From Sphagnum compactum (lineage: Eukaryota), in the NCBI GenBank assembly GCA_965153455.1, contig OZ234493.1:34462213-34526212 (forward strand): DNA of 64,000 bases. The letters are read 5' to 3'. A model generated the notes under the pieces. It was not told where the DNA came from, ran no database searches, and worked only from the letters and a program-made list of their open reading frames with translations. Below are positions 36,691-49,400 of the stretch, piece after piece. Position 1 is the stretch's first letter; each line of letters starts with the position of its first letter. The position numbers and the translations under genes are program-made.

Positions 36691-39600
36691 ATTGAACCTA
36701 ACCCTAACCACAAGGTAAGGTAATGTAAAGGATTTTACAAGCCTTTTCGTTTTGATGTGAAATCTCAGATCCAAAATGATTTTTTTGTCAATGTGAAAAA
36801 TTAAAGTTTTTAAAAGATATTAATTGTCAAGTTTGGACCTTTTTTGGAGAACAATTGCCCAAATTCAACATTGAGTTTCAATTAATGTTGGGCAGTTTTA
36901 GGTTCCTAACCGAGTATGGATCTAATTCAAGTTTTAAAAATGAACCCAACATGTTTACATGGACTTCAAATTGGCCAAGAACTAGATCTAATAGTTCTAC
37001 ATGGACCTAAAATCAACCCAACAATTCTACATGGACCTTGAACTAGCATTAGAATCGAGCCTAAAAAGTTTTCATAGATCCAAACTTGACAAATCTTGAG
37101 GGTTTATTTACAAAGTCCAATACTTAACGTTAGGTATGCAATAGAATCCTAGGTTTAAATAATGTTTATGGTTTCCCTATTTTGAAGTTCTAGGGCTCTA
37201 GGGTCATAGGTCTTAACCTTAAGCTTGAATATATAAGGGCATCTCTAATGGTAGCATTAACATGGCTTTTACACAATTATGTTATGATGTTCCCAAGGTT
37301 GTTTCCCTGTGTTGGATAGAAGCCCAAATAAGGCCCATGTCAATGGAAACCATTGTGGGCAAACTATTCTCTATGTTGTTCCCATGGGGATCACTAAATA
37401 TTAAAATTCTACACTACCTTTGCATCAAACAATATCTTGTCTAGGGCTAGAGGTGATGGAAACTTTTTTTCTCATCTTATTGTTACTTAATTTTAATATG
37501 CACATATTTAAACTACCATAAATTTAATTATATTTTTTGTTTGCATCAATTTTGACACCCTATGTTTATTTGATTTTTCAATTTTAGTATTTGATCAAGA
37601 AATAGGAACACATCATGACAACCCTTATTGTTTGAAGGTTTGAAAGATGTAATGAAATGAATACAACCATTTGCTCCTTTGGATGGATAAATTATAGTTC
37701 CTACCAAATAACTAACATACATACATGATTTTTTAACCATCAATCATTACATTTCATTCAAAGCAAACATAAAAGGATTTGAACAAAAAAGTCATTATAT
37801 GTGTGTTTCAAACTTCAAAGCTTTTAAAAACTACTTCAAAATGAAGACAAAAACACCACATGAGAGAAAACCAAACGGTGAGGTGGTATACCCCCCAAGA
37901 CAAATGCCAATCAAATTTGGCATACTAGTCAATTTGCAATTCCTCATATCAATCTAACCTTTCATTGGCAAGCTAAAAAATGCTTCCATCAATTCTTTAG
38001 GGTCGGATGGAAGTGTAGTAGGGAACTTTGGTGACATTTGTAAATAATTTGTAATTTCTTGAATTGTGATGTTTCAACAACAATTATTTGTATTTTTTCA
38101 TCTACTAACATATTAATTCAAACTACTAAAAATTTAATGTTTAAAATTTTTAATACATATGCTTCTTCTTTTTTTAATTATAATATTGGGAATTAATATA
38201 TAACTATATATCAATTATAAATTGGTTTTTAGAATAAAATAGCCATATTATAAAAATAATTGAATTAAATTTTTACCCAAAAATGAGTATATGGCACCTT
38301 ATATTTATACTTGCATATTTTTTAATTCAAAAAAGAATGTCCCCCTTAGGTTTGTACCCTATTGTTGCTATTGGGAACATGTTGAAGAACACTTTGAGAA
38401 CTTTGGGAATTTAAAGGAACACCATGGGGACACCATGGGAGCCTTTTGGGAATACCAAAATAAAAAAAAATCAAGATCAACTTTTGAACCATCCCAAAGA
38501 ATAAACCAAAACTAACATTAACATAAACCCAAAATTAGAGTTTGTTATAAAGGTTAGACTCATTGGACCCATCATACCCATAACCATTGGTCAAGAAAAT
38601 GTGATTTGACTCTAAAATTAACGAATTTTAATTTTTGAAAGTACTCACTAGGCATAGAACTAGGTGTTTTTTATTTTTTTTAAAACTTTAAACCTAGACC
38701 CACCAATTCTTGTAAAAACCAATAACCAACCAACACCAATTCAATAGGTAGCCAAAAAAAAGATCCTTAAATGTTGTTACTTTCTTTTCTTTTCTTAGCC
38801 AATTTTTTTACTAATTCTTGTTACAGATGATCACAACTTATGTTATGAAAGACAAACAAACAAACAAAATGAAAAAAAGAAACAAAACAACTATTGCTAC
38901 ATACCAAAATGTCCCTTTCAAGTTTGAAAAAAAGGAAATTGAACACTTTTTCATCAAATGATTTTGTTTTAATGTAGCATCAAGAAGGTATTCAATAGGA
39001 AAGCAAACATGTGCCAACCTAAAAATTATTTTCTTTTTCACATGGTTGACAAAGGAATTTTTGAACCAAAAAATATTAGTGAGGGTACACCACAAAATTG
39101 ATGAACTTTTCATCACAAGCTCATCAAAATGATTGTGTATTGTATACATGTATATTAAGGAATATTTAATGTCATTTTTTATTCAAAGAAGAAGTTGTTA
39201 TTTTGAAGTGAAAAGCCTTAAGGATTCACCCATCACTAAAACCAATTTGGAGATGTTTTATATTCTATACATGGAACCTTATGTATATTTCTAATGTGAC
39301 AAACCTACTCATGTATAACAAAAGAGTCAAACTTTTGGCAAAGAATATGGGACCACTAGTGGTGGTATTGGAAACACCATTGTGGAGAACGCATGGACAT
39401 CTTGGGAACATCATGAGGACTTGGGCAACAAATCTAAGAAAACTTGAATTGCATTGGGAACATCAAAAGGTCTATAAGTATGATGGGAACATGATAAAAA
39501 AGAATGATGAACATGAAAATAACAATTGTGGGGAAACCCCAACTAAATTGATGTTAGGTTTCATTCCAATAACTTATCTTGTAAAAGATTAATCCTAAAA

Positions 39601-40622
39601 GTAGATAGGTAAGTAGATAGAACAATAAGTGGCTATTAAAGAAATTCATGTATATAATAAGTACATAGTTAAAGGCTCCTAGGTTGTTAGTATATAGGTA
39701 GTAAAAACAACTCTTGAAATAACCATTATGGTTAACAAGGGAAATGGAACCCAATGATAAAATGTTTCCTATCCACTCACCATCCATCCTTCATAATATG
39801 TTGTTGGTTCACTATGAAAACTTGACCATAGCATTCATTTGGGTGCTCTAGAAGATCCTAAAGAAAGTTGTCATTGTAAAGAAGCTTTCCCCTCCTCCCT
39901 AAGTTACAAGACCTATTAGTTGATAACACAATAAAGTAATACATCAAAGTCACTTTGTGTTCTTATTCAACTAAAGGAAAAAATACAAAGCATTCAATAG
40001 CCAAGCATAGGTTAGGTGTGGCGTTGGGTATTGTTATAAAATTAAAGTGTTTATGGGACCAAGGTTAAGTAATATGTTGCAAAACCATAAAAATTTATGT
40101 TCATAAAATCCAAACTATAATCCAAAATCTAATTAAGACGTTCACTTCACCATGTCATTTTATATTTTTATAATTACTAATGTGTATCATTGTTATGCTA
40201 TGTGGTCGAATTCTATATTCCAATTCTCTAACACAAATTTTCAAATTACATTAAGCCAAATATCTAAAGTAATACATTCATCTAAGAACCCATAGCAAGA
40301 CATTATTCATTATTTGAACTACGAATCATTGTTTTAATTTAACTAGTTATCCTGCTGGTTAATTTTTGCCTTGTGATGGTTCTTTCTTCTTTCTTGTTCT
40401 TGGGCCTTGTCTTTTGTGTGTGTATCATCAAATTGAAGAGTCGCAAAGTAACAAGCCCTGATAATAAGCTAGAGAGCAAAGGAGCTTTCAACATGTTTGT
40501 GCATGCTTACTCCAATTAAACATGTTTTCTTTTAAAGACACATGCATACAAAAAATTGAATATAAGCATCATTATGTGTTTGGTGAATGTATATTCTTAT
40601 TTATGTTTCTTTGTTTTCATCA

Positions 40623-40635
40623 AGTTATGGGCCCA
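40623..40635 (+). promoter_or_regulatory. Primer-binding site for a 5' half (anticodon-region fragment) of initiator tRNA-Met
   Basis: AGTTATGGGCCCA directly after the LTR CA; matches the GGTTATGGGCCCA-type PBS of Drosophila copia and other hemiviruses at 12 of 13 positions. Confidence 0.78.
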
Positions 40636-42033
40636 CAAGTTTGATAAAATAACATAAAAATTAGTGCATTGTTTAGTGAAAGATGGATCTTAAATATCTT
40701 AACAAATTAGTGATAAGGTCCAACAAAAAGAATTTGAGCTTATGGAAGTACCAAATGGAGATGGTGCTTGAAGCAAAACCACTATTGATGGTGATTGCTA
40801 GATTTGGTGATTTGAAGATGTGAAAAGTTGTGAGGAGGAAAATCATTGGCGACATGCAAAAGCCATAATATGAATGCTCATTGGGACCAATGTGGATGAA
40901 CAACATTTAAATATACTAATCAAGTGCAAGACCATCACATATGTGGAGCAAAAATTAATTGTCCATGAGCAACATTTTAGGGATGATGTGCACATGCTAC
41001 ATGGAGATTTGTTTAGCTATAATTTGAAGGAGGGAGACAACATTGATGCTCATGTTTTGAATGTAAAAAACATGGCCCATAGATTAAGTGATTTGGGATA
41101 AGCAATATTGTTGAAGTCTATGCATAGCACATAGGTGTTAGGCAATATACCACCAAACTACAATGTTATTGCATGTGTATGGGACAACTTACTAAACAAA
41201 CAATAACAATATTTGCACTAACAATGTGATTCTTGAAGCTTGAAAGCATGATCAAGATGTAGAATGGGATTAGGTGTTAGAAAGAAACAAGACATTTTTC
41301 TCATCAAATGGTTCTAACATAAAGAGCATGCATTGAAGGAGACATTTGAGAAGAAGCAAGATAGCAATTATATTAAGGAGCTGAACAAGTGTTGGACTAA
41401 ATGTAACAATTACAAATAATTTGGTCATCAAGTTGAAAAATGTCCAAACAAGGACAAAATGATGGAAAAAAGGCAAAAAGATAAGAATGAGGATTATGTA
41501 ATAAGAACCATGGAGGACATTGAAACTAAAACACAATTTGTGAAGAGTCTTTGAAAGATCATAGTTACAAAAGAAAATAAATAGAACATTAAGATGAATC
41601 AAAAGTCACAATGACAAAGACATGAATAAAAATATTGAAAACATTAATGGAAAAAAAACATGAATGTTAGATTGGTTTGTTGATTCAAGAGCCACATAAC
41701 ATATATCTAATTTCCATGAATGGATGATGAATTTTGTTCTAATGACCTCAGAGAGCTAGTCAATGGCAATATTTCAAGATGACAATCAATATTGGGTCCA
41801 TGGAACAAGATATACATACATCTTTAAAAATGTAGAGAGAGTTTGGAAAAACATTGTGTTGAAGAGAATTATTTACATTCCCCTTTGAAATTAGGAAAAA
41901 AAATTCTTTTAATGAAACAAACAATAATTCAAGGGATTATGATTTAATTTGATGATGACATTTTCACAATGATTGATAGGAATGTTGGTGATGCTATAAT
42001 GTTGGATGGACACCTCAATGGGAAGACGTAAAA

Positions 42034-42302
42034 GGGTGAGAATCCTTTAAAGTGCACCACGCAGGACGAAAATGGCCTAGTCCTTTTTGCAATCCTTTTT
42101 TACCCTATCTTTTAATCCCCATAAAAAATAATGAGTCAAAAGTTGTCAAATATTTTAAAAAGATTATATTTTATACAATTCTAGATTCCATCATAATCAT
42201 CCATAAATGTGTTTTTACATGGTAAAAAAAGATTAGGCAAAAAAATCAAAAAATGGTGATGTTATGACAAGATTTTGGTACACCTAAAAAAAATTTACAC
42301 CC
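42034..42302. mobile_element. Tourist-like MITE (family copy 2) in element B
   Basis: TIRs GGGTGAGAATCCTTTAAAGTGCACCA / TGGTACACCTAAAAAAAATTTACACCC; AAA on both flanks. Confidence 0.82.
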
Positions 42303-43296
42303 AAAAGTTGAATGCAAAGGTTTACCACCAATGGAGTCAGTGGAGTTGATAGATGTTCAAATAACCTCTATTACAAGTCATGAAAGAGTCAAACCAAATT
42401 TGGTTATTTAGCATAAGCGATATGTTCACTTGAATTTCTCAATCCTAAAAAATATGTATTGAAATTAAACTATTAAAGGTTTGGAAATATTTGATAAAAT
42501 ATCAAAAAGTGAAAATTTTTATGAAGGGCGTAAATTTGGAAAACAACATTGTCATTGATACCTAGTAGACCCTAAGAAATAAAGATTCAACACACCCAAA
42601 AAGTTAATCCATTCTTACTTATGTGTTCCCATGGGTTCACACAATCTAATGTGGAAGGGGTAGCCTTTTAATATTATGTCATTTTCAAAATTGATTGTAT
42701 AAGCTTTAAGTTTGTGTGTTTCATAAAGCACAAGTTAGAGACATTTGCATGTTTCAAAAATTTGTTAAATTGAAACTAGAATGAAAGGAAATCTAATGTG
42801 ACAAAATTTTGTTCAAATCAAGGAGGAGAGTATGTAAACAAAGAGTTCAACTTGTACTTGTTAGAATAAGGCATCAAAAGGAATATAGTGTTACCTATGC
42901 CCATGAACAAAATGGCTTCATCAAACATGACAACAAAATTGTCATGGAGGCAACATGTAGCATATTACATGTAAAAGGCCTACCAAAATTCCTTAAGGTT
43001 AAAGTTATTAACACAGTGGTTCATGCGTTACATTACATAGCAACAAAAACATTGGTTGGATCTACACCATATGAACAATGGAGTGGTAAACAACCAAACA
43101 TCTCATACTTTTGAGTGTTTTGATGGTTTATATTTAAACAATGTGTGCCAAAGGAACAAAAAAAAACATTAAACCCAAATGCACAACACCATGTTGTTTT
43201 TCATATAACAAGGGTACCAATTATGGAACCCAAGTGGGTTCAAAAGATTTCCATTGCCCCAAATGTGGAGTGAAAACACATCAAAAACTAAGTTTA

Positions 43297-43873
43297 CACA
43301 ACAACACATTTTGAGTTTTGCGACTAGCTTTTACAACTACTTACTAGTTAGGAAGGACATATGTGACTAGAGACTACTAAGTTGTTAAACCCATGTCATT
43401 TCACCCATTTAATCACAAGTGATGTTTAGTTGCAACCCCCAGTTGTTTTAATAATGAAATTTTTAAAAAATTCTTATAATAATGAAATTCCATGTCATCA
43501 TTAACCTTGGTGTAATGTGTAAAGTGCATGCCATCTCAACTTAGTCGTTTTATTCAACTAAGTGTTACAAGACATTTTGATGAATGGATAACATGTGTCA
43601 AAAATTTATAAACACGTTATAAGTCATTGCACATGACCAAAAGTCAACCTAATTTAGCCCACGTAAATAGCATAGCCAAAAGTCAACTTACCCTAACCTA
43701 GCCTAGTTCACCTAGCCAAAAATTAACCTAGCTTAACTTAGCTAGGTTAACACGACATCTCAATGGCCTTTGCAACTACATAGTGGTTTTTGTGACCAAA
43801 TAGTTACAACTATAGTCAAAAAGGACAAAGTGGTTTCTTTGACCAATCAAAAAACCCATAATGTGTTGTTGTG
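43297..43873. mobile_element. CACTA-like non-autonomous element with CACAA termini, in element B
   Basis: Perfect 14-bp TIR CACAACAACACATT / AATGTGTTGTTGTG; perfect 3-bp TSD TTA; internal GCAACTA/ACAACTA and (AACCT)n-like repeats. Confidence 0.8.
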
Positions 43874-44655
43874 TTACTTAAGAAGTCTCCAATGATTCAC
43901 AATAATAATTGCATGTGATAGTGGAAAACATGTAGTTTAAGGGTTTGTGCCAAATATAGGAGATGTAGACAATTAATCAAGTGATATAAGAGGTGCCAAT
44001 AATCATTAAGGTGATGGGTTAAGAACAAAAGATAATTAAGCCTATTGGTTGCCTTGGAACGTGTGAATTATAATGGACTTGATTTAGCTTTTGTGTGGAG
44101 CCATTAGCAAAACTTGACAACTCTACCAATGTTGAGAACATTGAAAAGTTAATTTAGTAACCACAAAGAACATGACAAGCTCCATAGATATACAAAGAAT
44201 GGGACAAAGTTGTCATTCGCCCATACAACTCACAAGTGTGCAACACATATATTCATCAAGTATCTAGTCAAAAACGTAACAAGAATTTCAATCACTTGAC
44301 ATGTCTAAATGGAAGGGAACAATGGATGATGAATATTTAAATCTTTGTTGGTCAATTCTACTTGGGAGTTGATGCAATCACCCTCAAGATGAAAGATTGT
44401 CAAATCAAAGCCAAATTGGTGGGATTTTAAAGCAATAAAAAGTGACACCAATTGTGAAAGGTTACACACATGTGCATGGATTTTATTACAATGAAACATT
44501 CATTCTTATGATAAAACATGATTCAATTTGGAGAATTTTTTCTCTATATTAACCCATGATATGCACATGATATAATATGATGTGCACACCTTTTTCTGTA
44601 TGGAAAATTGAATGTAGAATTTTATATTGAACAACCAGAAGGGTATGAGAATGAT

Positions 44656-45569
44656 GGGTAGAAAAGAAATAAAAAGAAAAATGGAAAGACTTGAGGGTAG
44701 CGACTGCCTTCTGTTTGCCTAACATCATGCTATAACTATCATCCTACAACAATTATTGTCTTCTATAGACTTGAAAAAAACCCTCGACCATTTGTAGACC
44801 TCATGTCGCTCCTACCTATCGTTTGCAGCACCTATAGAGCTTTTGTGGTTGATATTTACCATATGAAACAGATGTAAAACCTATGTCACTATTACCTACC
44901 ATCTACAATAGCTTTCCATTCTCTTTAGGCCTCAAATATTAAATCTACCTCTTTGTAGCTACCATCCAATGGCAACTACCATCATGTGGTATAAAATATT
45001 CTAGAGACTAAAACAAAAAGTGGATGGCAAACAAAAATATTATAGAAGATTTGAAAAACTAATACATTTGAATAACAAATTTTATGTAATATTAATATCA
45101 ACTATTCTCTCCTTTTCTTCCATCCTCTAAGTAGAACCAAACACGAATAAGAATTATGAGGATTCATCAACCATTTTTCATTGCAATGATAAGAATACAT
45201 TCTACTTCCATACTCTCCTCCTCTCTTTCCCATGGCACATACACATTTCTTCCCCAAGAAGACTATTCTAGCCACATCCAATCTAGAATAATCATAATCT
45301 TGAATACAAGGGAATGATCCACAATCCTCTCTTATCCTCCTCCTAATCTCCCTTCTCCCATACCACACAAGGTCCACATGCATTTCATGAAATAGGCCCT
45401 CCTTATCCTTCCTAGAAATCCTCACATGATTGGTGGATTACCACCAACCATTCATCTAACAAATCCCATTAGCTTCATCCTTAGTAAAAGATGGTAAGTT
45501 ATTACCATTAGTAACCCTTTAGTTACTAGGATGCCCATGGGCACTAATTAACTTAGGAATTTATACCCT
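44656..45569. mobile_element. Unclassified ~0.9-kb insertion interrupting the RT of element B
   Basis: RT similarity stops after IEQPEGYEND (~44655) and resumes at KSIYNFK*VPRQWN (~45575). Weak GGGTA...TACCC ends. Confidence 0.55.
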
Positions 45570-48224
45570 TAACAAAAAGCATATATAACTTCAAGTAGGT
45601 ACCAAGGCAATGGAATCACTTTTGACTATTTTTTGACAAGATACAATTTGGTGGCAAGTAGTGTTGACTCATGTGTCTATCATAACAATGGGCATATTGA
45701 GACAATGGCAAGGATTTTTGTTGAAAATTGGATTAATTGTTCAACTAATGAATCAAAATTAACTCATATGTTGTAATACATGAAAAAACATTTTGAAATG
45801 ATTTAGGGAGCAAACAATTATTACATCTATTTTGAGGTGAATCATCATTGCAACAATCAAGTTATGTTTACATCAAGTAGCAATGGCGCATAATTGATAC
45901 CATCCATTTTTTTGGGCTACAAAACAATAATCCAACCATAACCACAATGGATCTTCGTTCATGTCTAATAATAACAATAGAGGAAACACCCCCACTTTTA
46001 CATCAGAAAAACATGCAAATATAGGATGCCTCATGTACGCCATGACATTCACAAGGTCATATACAGCCTATGTTGTGAGTTGTGCAATTCAATTTTCAAA
46101 ACAAACTAGTCAAATGCACTAAATAGGAGTAAAACGCCTATTGTGTTATCTATAGAGGACTAAAGTTCATGGGATCATGTACGATGGAATGATTTTGACA
46201 ATCATCTAAGAAGATTTTGTGATAAAATTTTTACAAGAGATCAAAATGATCACAAGTCACACATACCTTGTATGTTTTCACTTTTGGACATGGAGCTTTA
46301 CCATGGTGTTGCAAGAAATAGCATGTACCTCATTATCCACTAAATACATTTCAACTTGTGCAATTACCAAACATGTTATCTAACTATAATGGTTTCTTGT
46401 CAAACATTGCAACGCCACAAAACAACCCCACACCATTATTCTATGACAATTGAACCGTAATTCATTTGGTGAAAAATCTAAAATTCATCATCGTAGTAAA
46501 CAAATTGACCCACAATATTATGTTATTTGGGAGAAGCAAGAATTTATAGAAATTGAGATTCATTACATTCCTATAACAAATGAAATTGTTGATATTTTGA
46601 CAAAACTATTGTCATTAGAAAAGACTTGCCACTTACACAAGCAGTTTGGGATTATTTAAAAGGATATTATGCTTTTGAAAAATAAAACCTAAATACTCAC
46701 CTTGCCAATCACATTTCATATAAAATAATTAGTGTGAATATGTTTAATTAAACATTGTATTGACAATGTTTCTTGGTAGATAGTTTTTTTGTATTCAAAA
46801 TAATAATGTGCAAATAACATCCTACATATTTTTTTGGCTAAATGAGTGGGAATGAAATAATAAATTCGTTTGTGAACCTAAAGTAGGACCTTTAATTATT
46901 GTTCTGATTTTTACTAGTTCTTTTAGTGGTTGATCTTTGCTTCATGTTGGTTTATTCTTTTGTTTTATTTTTTGGGTCTTGTCTTGTCTTGTGCGTGTGT
47001 GTGTGTGTGTGATTGAATTGCAAAGTAGCAAGCTTGGAGAATCAACTAAAAAACATAAGAACAAGTTAACGTTTCCAAGCATGCAAGTATTATTGTTATG
47101 TGTTTTCTTTTATTCACATATATACATGTAATAAAATTAAATATGGGCACCACTATGTGTTTGGTGAGTGTATATTTCTATCTATGTTTTTTTATTTTCA
47201 TCAATATATAAATCCAAATGACCCAAATGATCTCCACCTCCAACATTAAATAGGGAGTGGGAAGGTCACGATGCACCTTATGAGTGTTAGGAAAATATGA
47301 TTGAAACATTGTAAGTTAAGTTGCTTTCAAGGTTGATTCAAACTCTCATCAATATTCATTCAAGTTGTCAAAATTCTAAACAAGTTTTTCTAATATACGC
47401 ATACAAGGCATCAAGATTATAAATAATCCGAACGCACCAACCCATATATGCAAGTCATCAAAGCTATAAACAAACCAATGTAAGTTTAGTTGGGCTTCAT
47501 CCAACTTCTAAAACAAACAAAAAATTTAGTTGTATCTTTAATCAATGTTCTACTTACATAAGAATAACCATCAAGGTTTCCAAAATCATATGAGTCATCG
47601 TTTGCAAATTATTTTCATGGGCATCATCTCAAAAAATTATTTGGAAAACCACATCCTCTACACATTTTGATGATGTAAAATATCACACACAATCATTGCA
47701 TTAAACTCATTTTTCTTCATTTTCTTGTCAAAAGTATTTTTAAACTCAACTTCAACAAGTTTTGTTGCACTTTCATCTTAAAATTTTCCCCAATTCATCC
47801 TTTTTTTATTAATCATTAATAAATAAATATGAATTTTTAAAAGTGTGCAGATTCAATGTTTCATCTTGAAAAATGATCAAAATTTTAAATCATCACCAAA
47901 AGTTAAGATTTCAAATTCTTTAATTTTATTATTCTTTAAACTATAACTTTTCTTAGTACATCATGTACATTATAACCCATTTATACGTGGTAAAGGACTT
48001 TTGAAACTTAAATTTTTTGAAGCAATTCTAAAACATTCTTTGTTGATAGAACCTGACTAGGGAGGGGAAAATCATTCCGAAAAGAAAAGTTTCTTTATTA
48101 CCCCTTTCTTTTCCCACAAAATAATAATATTTTATTTGTTAGTAAACCTGATGCTACTATAAAAAAATCTATGGAATTTTTAGAATTAAAAAAATAAGAA
48201 GTTCTGTAATGATTCTAATAAATC

Positions 48225-48338
48225 AACGTTCACACCAAATATGGACCGAACTATCTCACGACGTTCTGAACCCAGCTCACGTACCGTTTTAATGGGCGAA
48301 CAACCCAACCCTTGGAACGTACTACCGCCCCAGGTGGC
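48225..48338 (-). pseudogene. rrn23: Nuclear copy of a plastid-type 23S rRNA fragment (NUPT), domain V peptidyl-transferase region
   Basis: GGACCGAACT(A)TCTCACGACGTTCTGAACCCAGCTCACGTACCG(T)TTTAATGGGCGAACA(A)CCCAACCCTTGGAAC is the reverse complement of conserved 23S rRNA. Context (ATATGGACCG, CCCCAGGTGGC) is plastid-like. Differences are mostly C>T/G>A. Confidence 0.88.
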
Positions 48339-48849
48339 ATCAGGTTTACTAACAAATAAAATATGGTTTTAATTTAGGACTTTGAAAATCTACACCAATT
48401 GTGTCAATTCGAGTCAATTTTACAAAAGACTATCAAAAAGATTCATATAATAAAAGAATTTTCATTAAAAAAAATCTAAATGATAAAAACATATGAATCA
48501 CACTCCAAAAAACACTCATACTTTTAAAAATGTGGAATTTCAAAACTTTAAAAACTTAAAATAAGATCAATGAATTTTTACTCTAAGTTCCTTGACATTC
48601 ATATGAGGGAAAAATGACTAACTTACCATGATTACTATGGTTTTAAATGGTAATAAAAAGGTAAATGTTTGATTTTGACTGATTATGTTTAACATCTAAC
48701 GCCCTTTTTGGCTCCTAGTTACATGTTTTGACCCAACAACTTATACCTTTTGTGATTCATTTAACAAAACTTTTACACTTATTTCATGAAAATTATGTCC
48801 TAAAACACAAGTTAACAAAAATAATCTTGATCATTTAGATGTCACCTTG

Positions 48850-49400
48850 GAGGGACAAAATGACATGTAATCAAGGAAATTAAGATGGCATTTGAAAGCT
48901 TGTAGGGAAAACTATGAACTAATGTATTTTCATGTGTAATTTGATTAAGACTTTTAAGAGTGCTTTGTCCCCCAAAGTTGTGGGACATTGAAATGCCACG
49001 ATTTTGGCAAAAGGAGTTTAAAAATTGTGGGGGAAAAACCATAATTTGGAATGTAATTCCTTTGAAGACTTGTAATAAAATGCTAAAATAGGAAAGGAGG
49101 TTATAGGCCCCATATTTTATTGATTTCAAAAAAGAAGTGCAACAACAAAAGAAGATGTCAACAAATGACACCCTCCCCATTATTGAACATGCCCTTATAA
49201 CACCACTTAGAGATAAGTTCAAACTCCAAGTAATTATGCTTGCAAAACATGTTCCAATTGGCCATGCTAATACCACTATCACTTGTGGAGGGGTAAAACA
49301 TATTAGGGTGAACCAAAAATGATAATTGAAAATCCATTTCAAAAGTTCATATCTAATGTATTATGAATTTAGTGAACCAAGCTTCAAATAAAAGCATGAT
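48850..49400 (+). mobile_element. Possible hAT transposase C-terminal (dimerisation) relic
   Basis: A broken frame near 49240-49290 gives LQNMFQLAMLIPLSLVEG, resembling hAT PN..LA...L.IP.S...CER. Heavily decayed. Confidence 0.3.

Larger units (their letters stand above)
40265..47203 (+). mobile_element. Degenerate Ty1/copia LTR retrotransposon (element B) with half-tRNA PBS and nested insertions
   Basis: LTRs 40265-40622 and 46853-47203 align and both end TTTTCATCA. TSD ATATC/ATATA; PBS AGTTATGGGCCCA; PPT GAGTGGGAA. Domains: gag NLSLWKYQMEMVLEAK, protease WFVDSRAT, integrase YAHEQNGFIKHDNKIVMEATCSIL..TPYEQWSGKQPNISYF, RT IYIEQPEGY, RNase H HHRSKQIDPQYYVI. Confidence 0.9.

Noticed and set aside
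48842-49342. 166-aa minus-strand hydrophobic ORF
   Set aside because: Non-ATG start and no recognisable domain; probably the antisense of an A-rich transposase relic.
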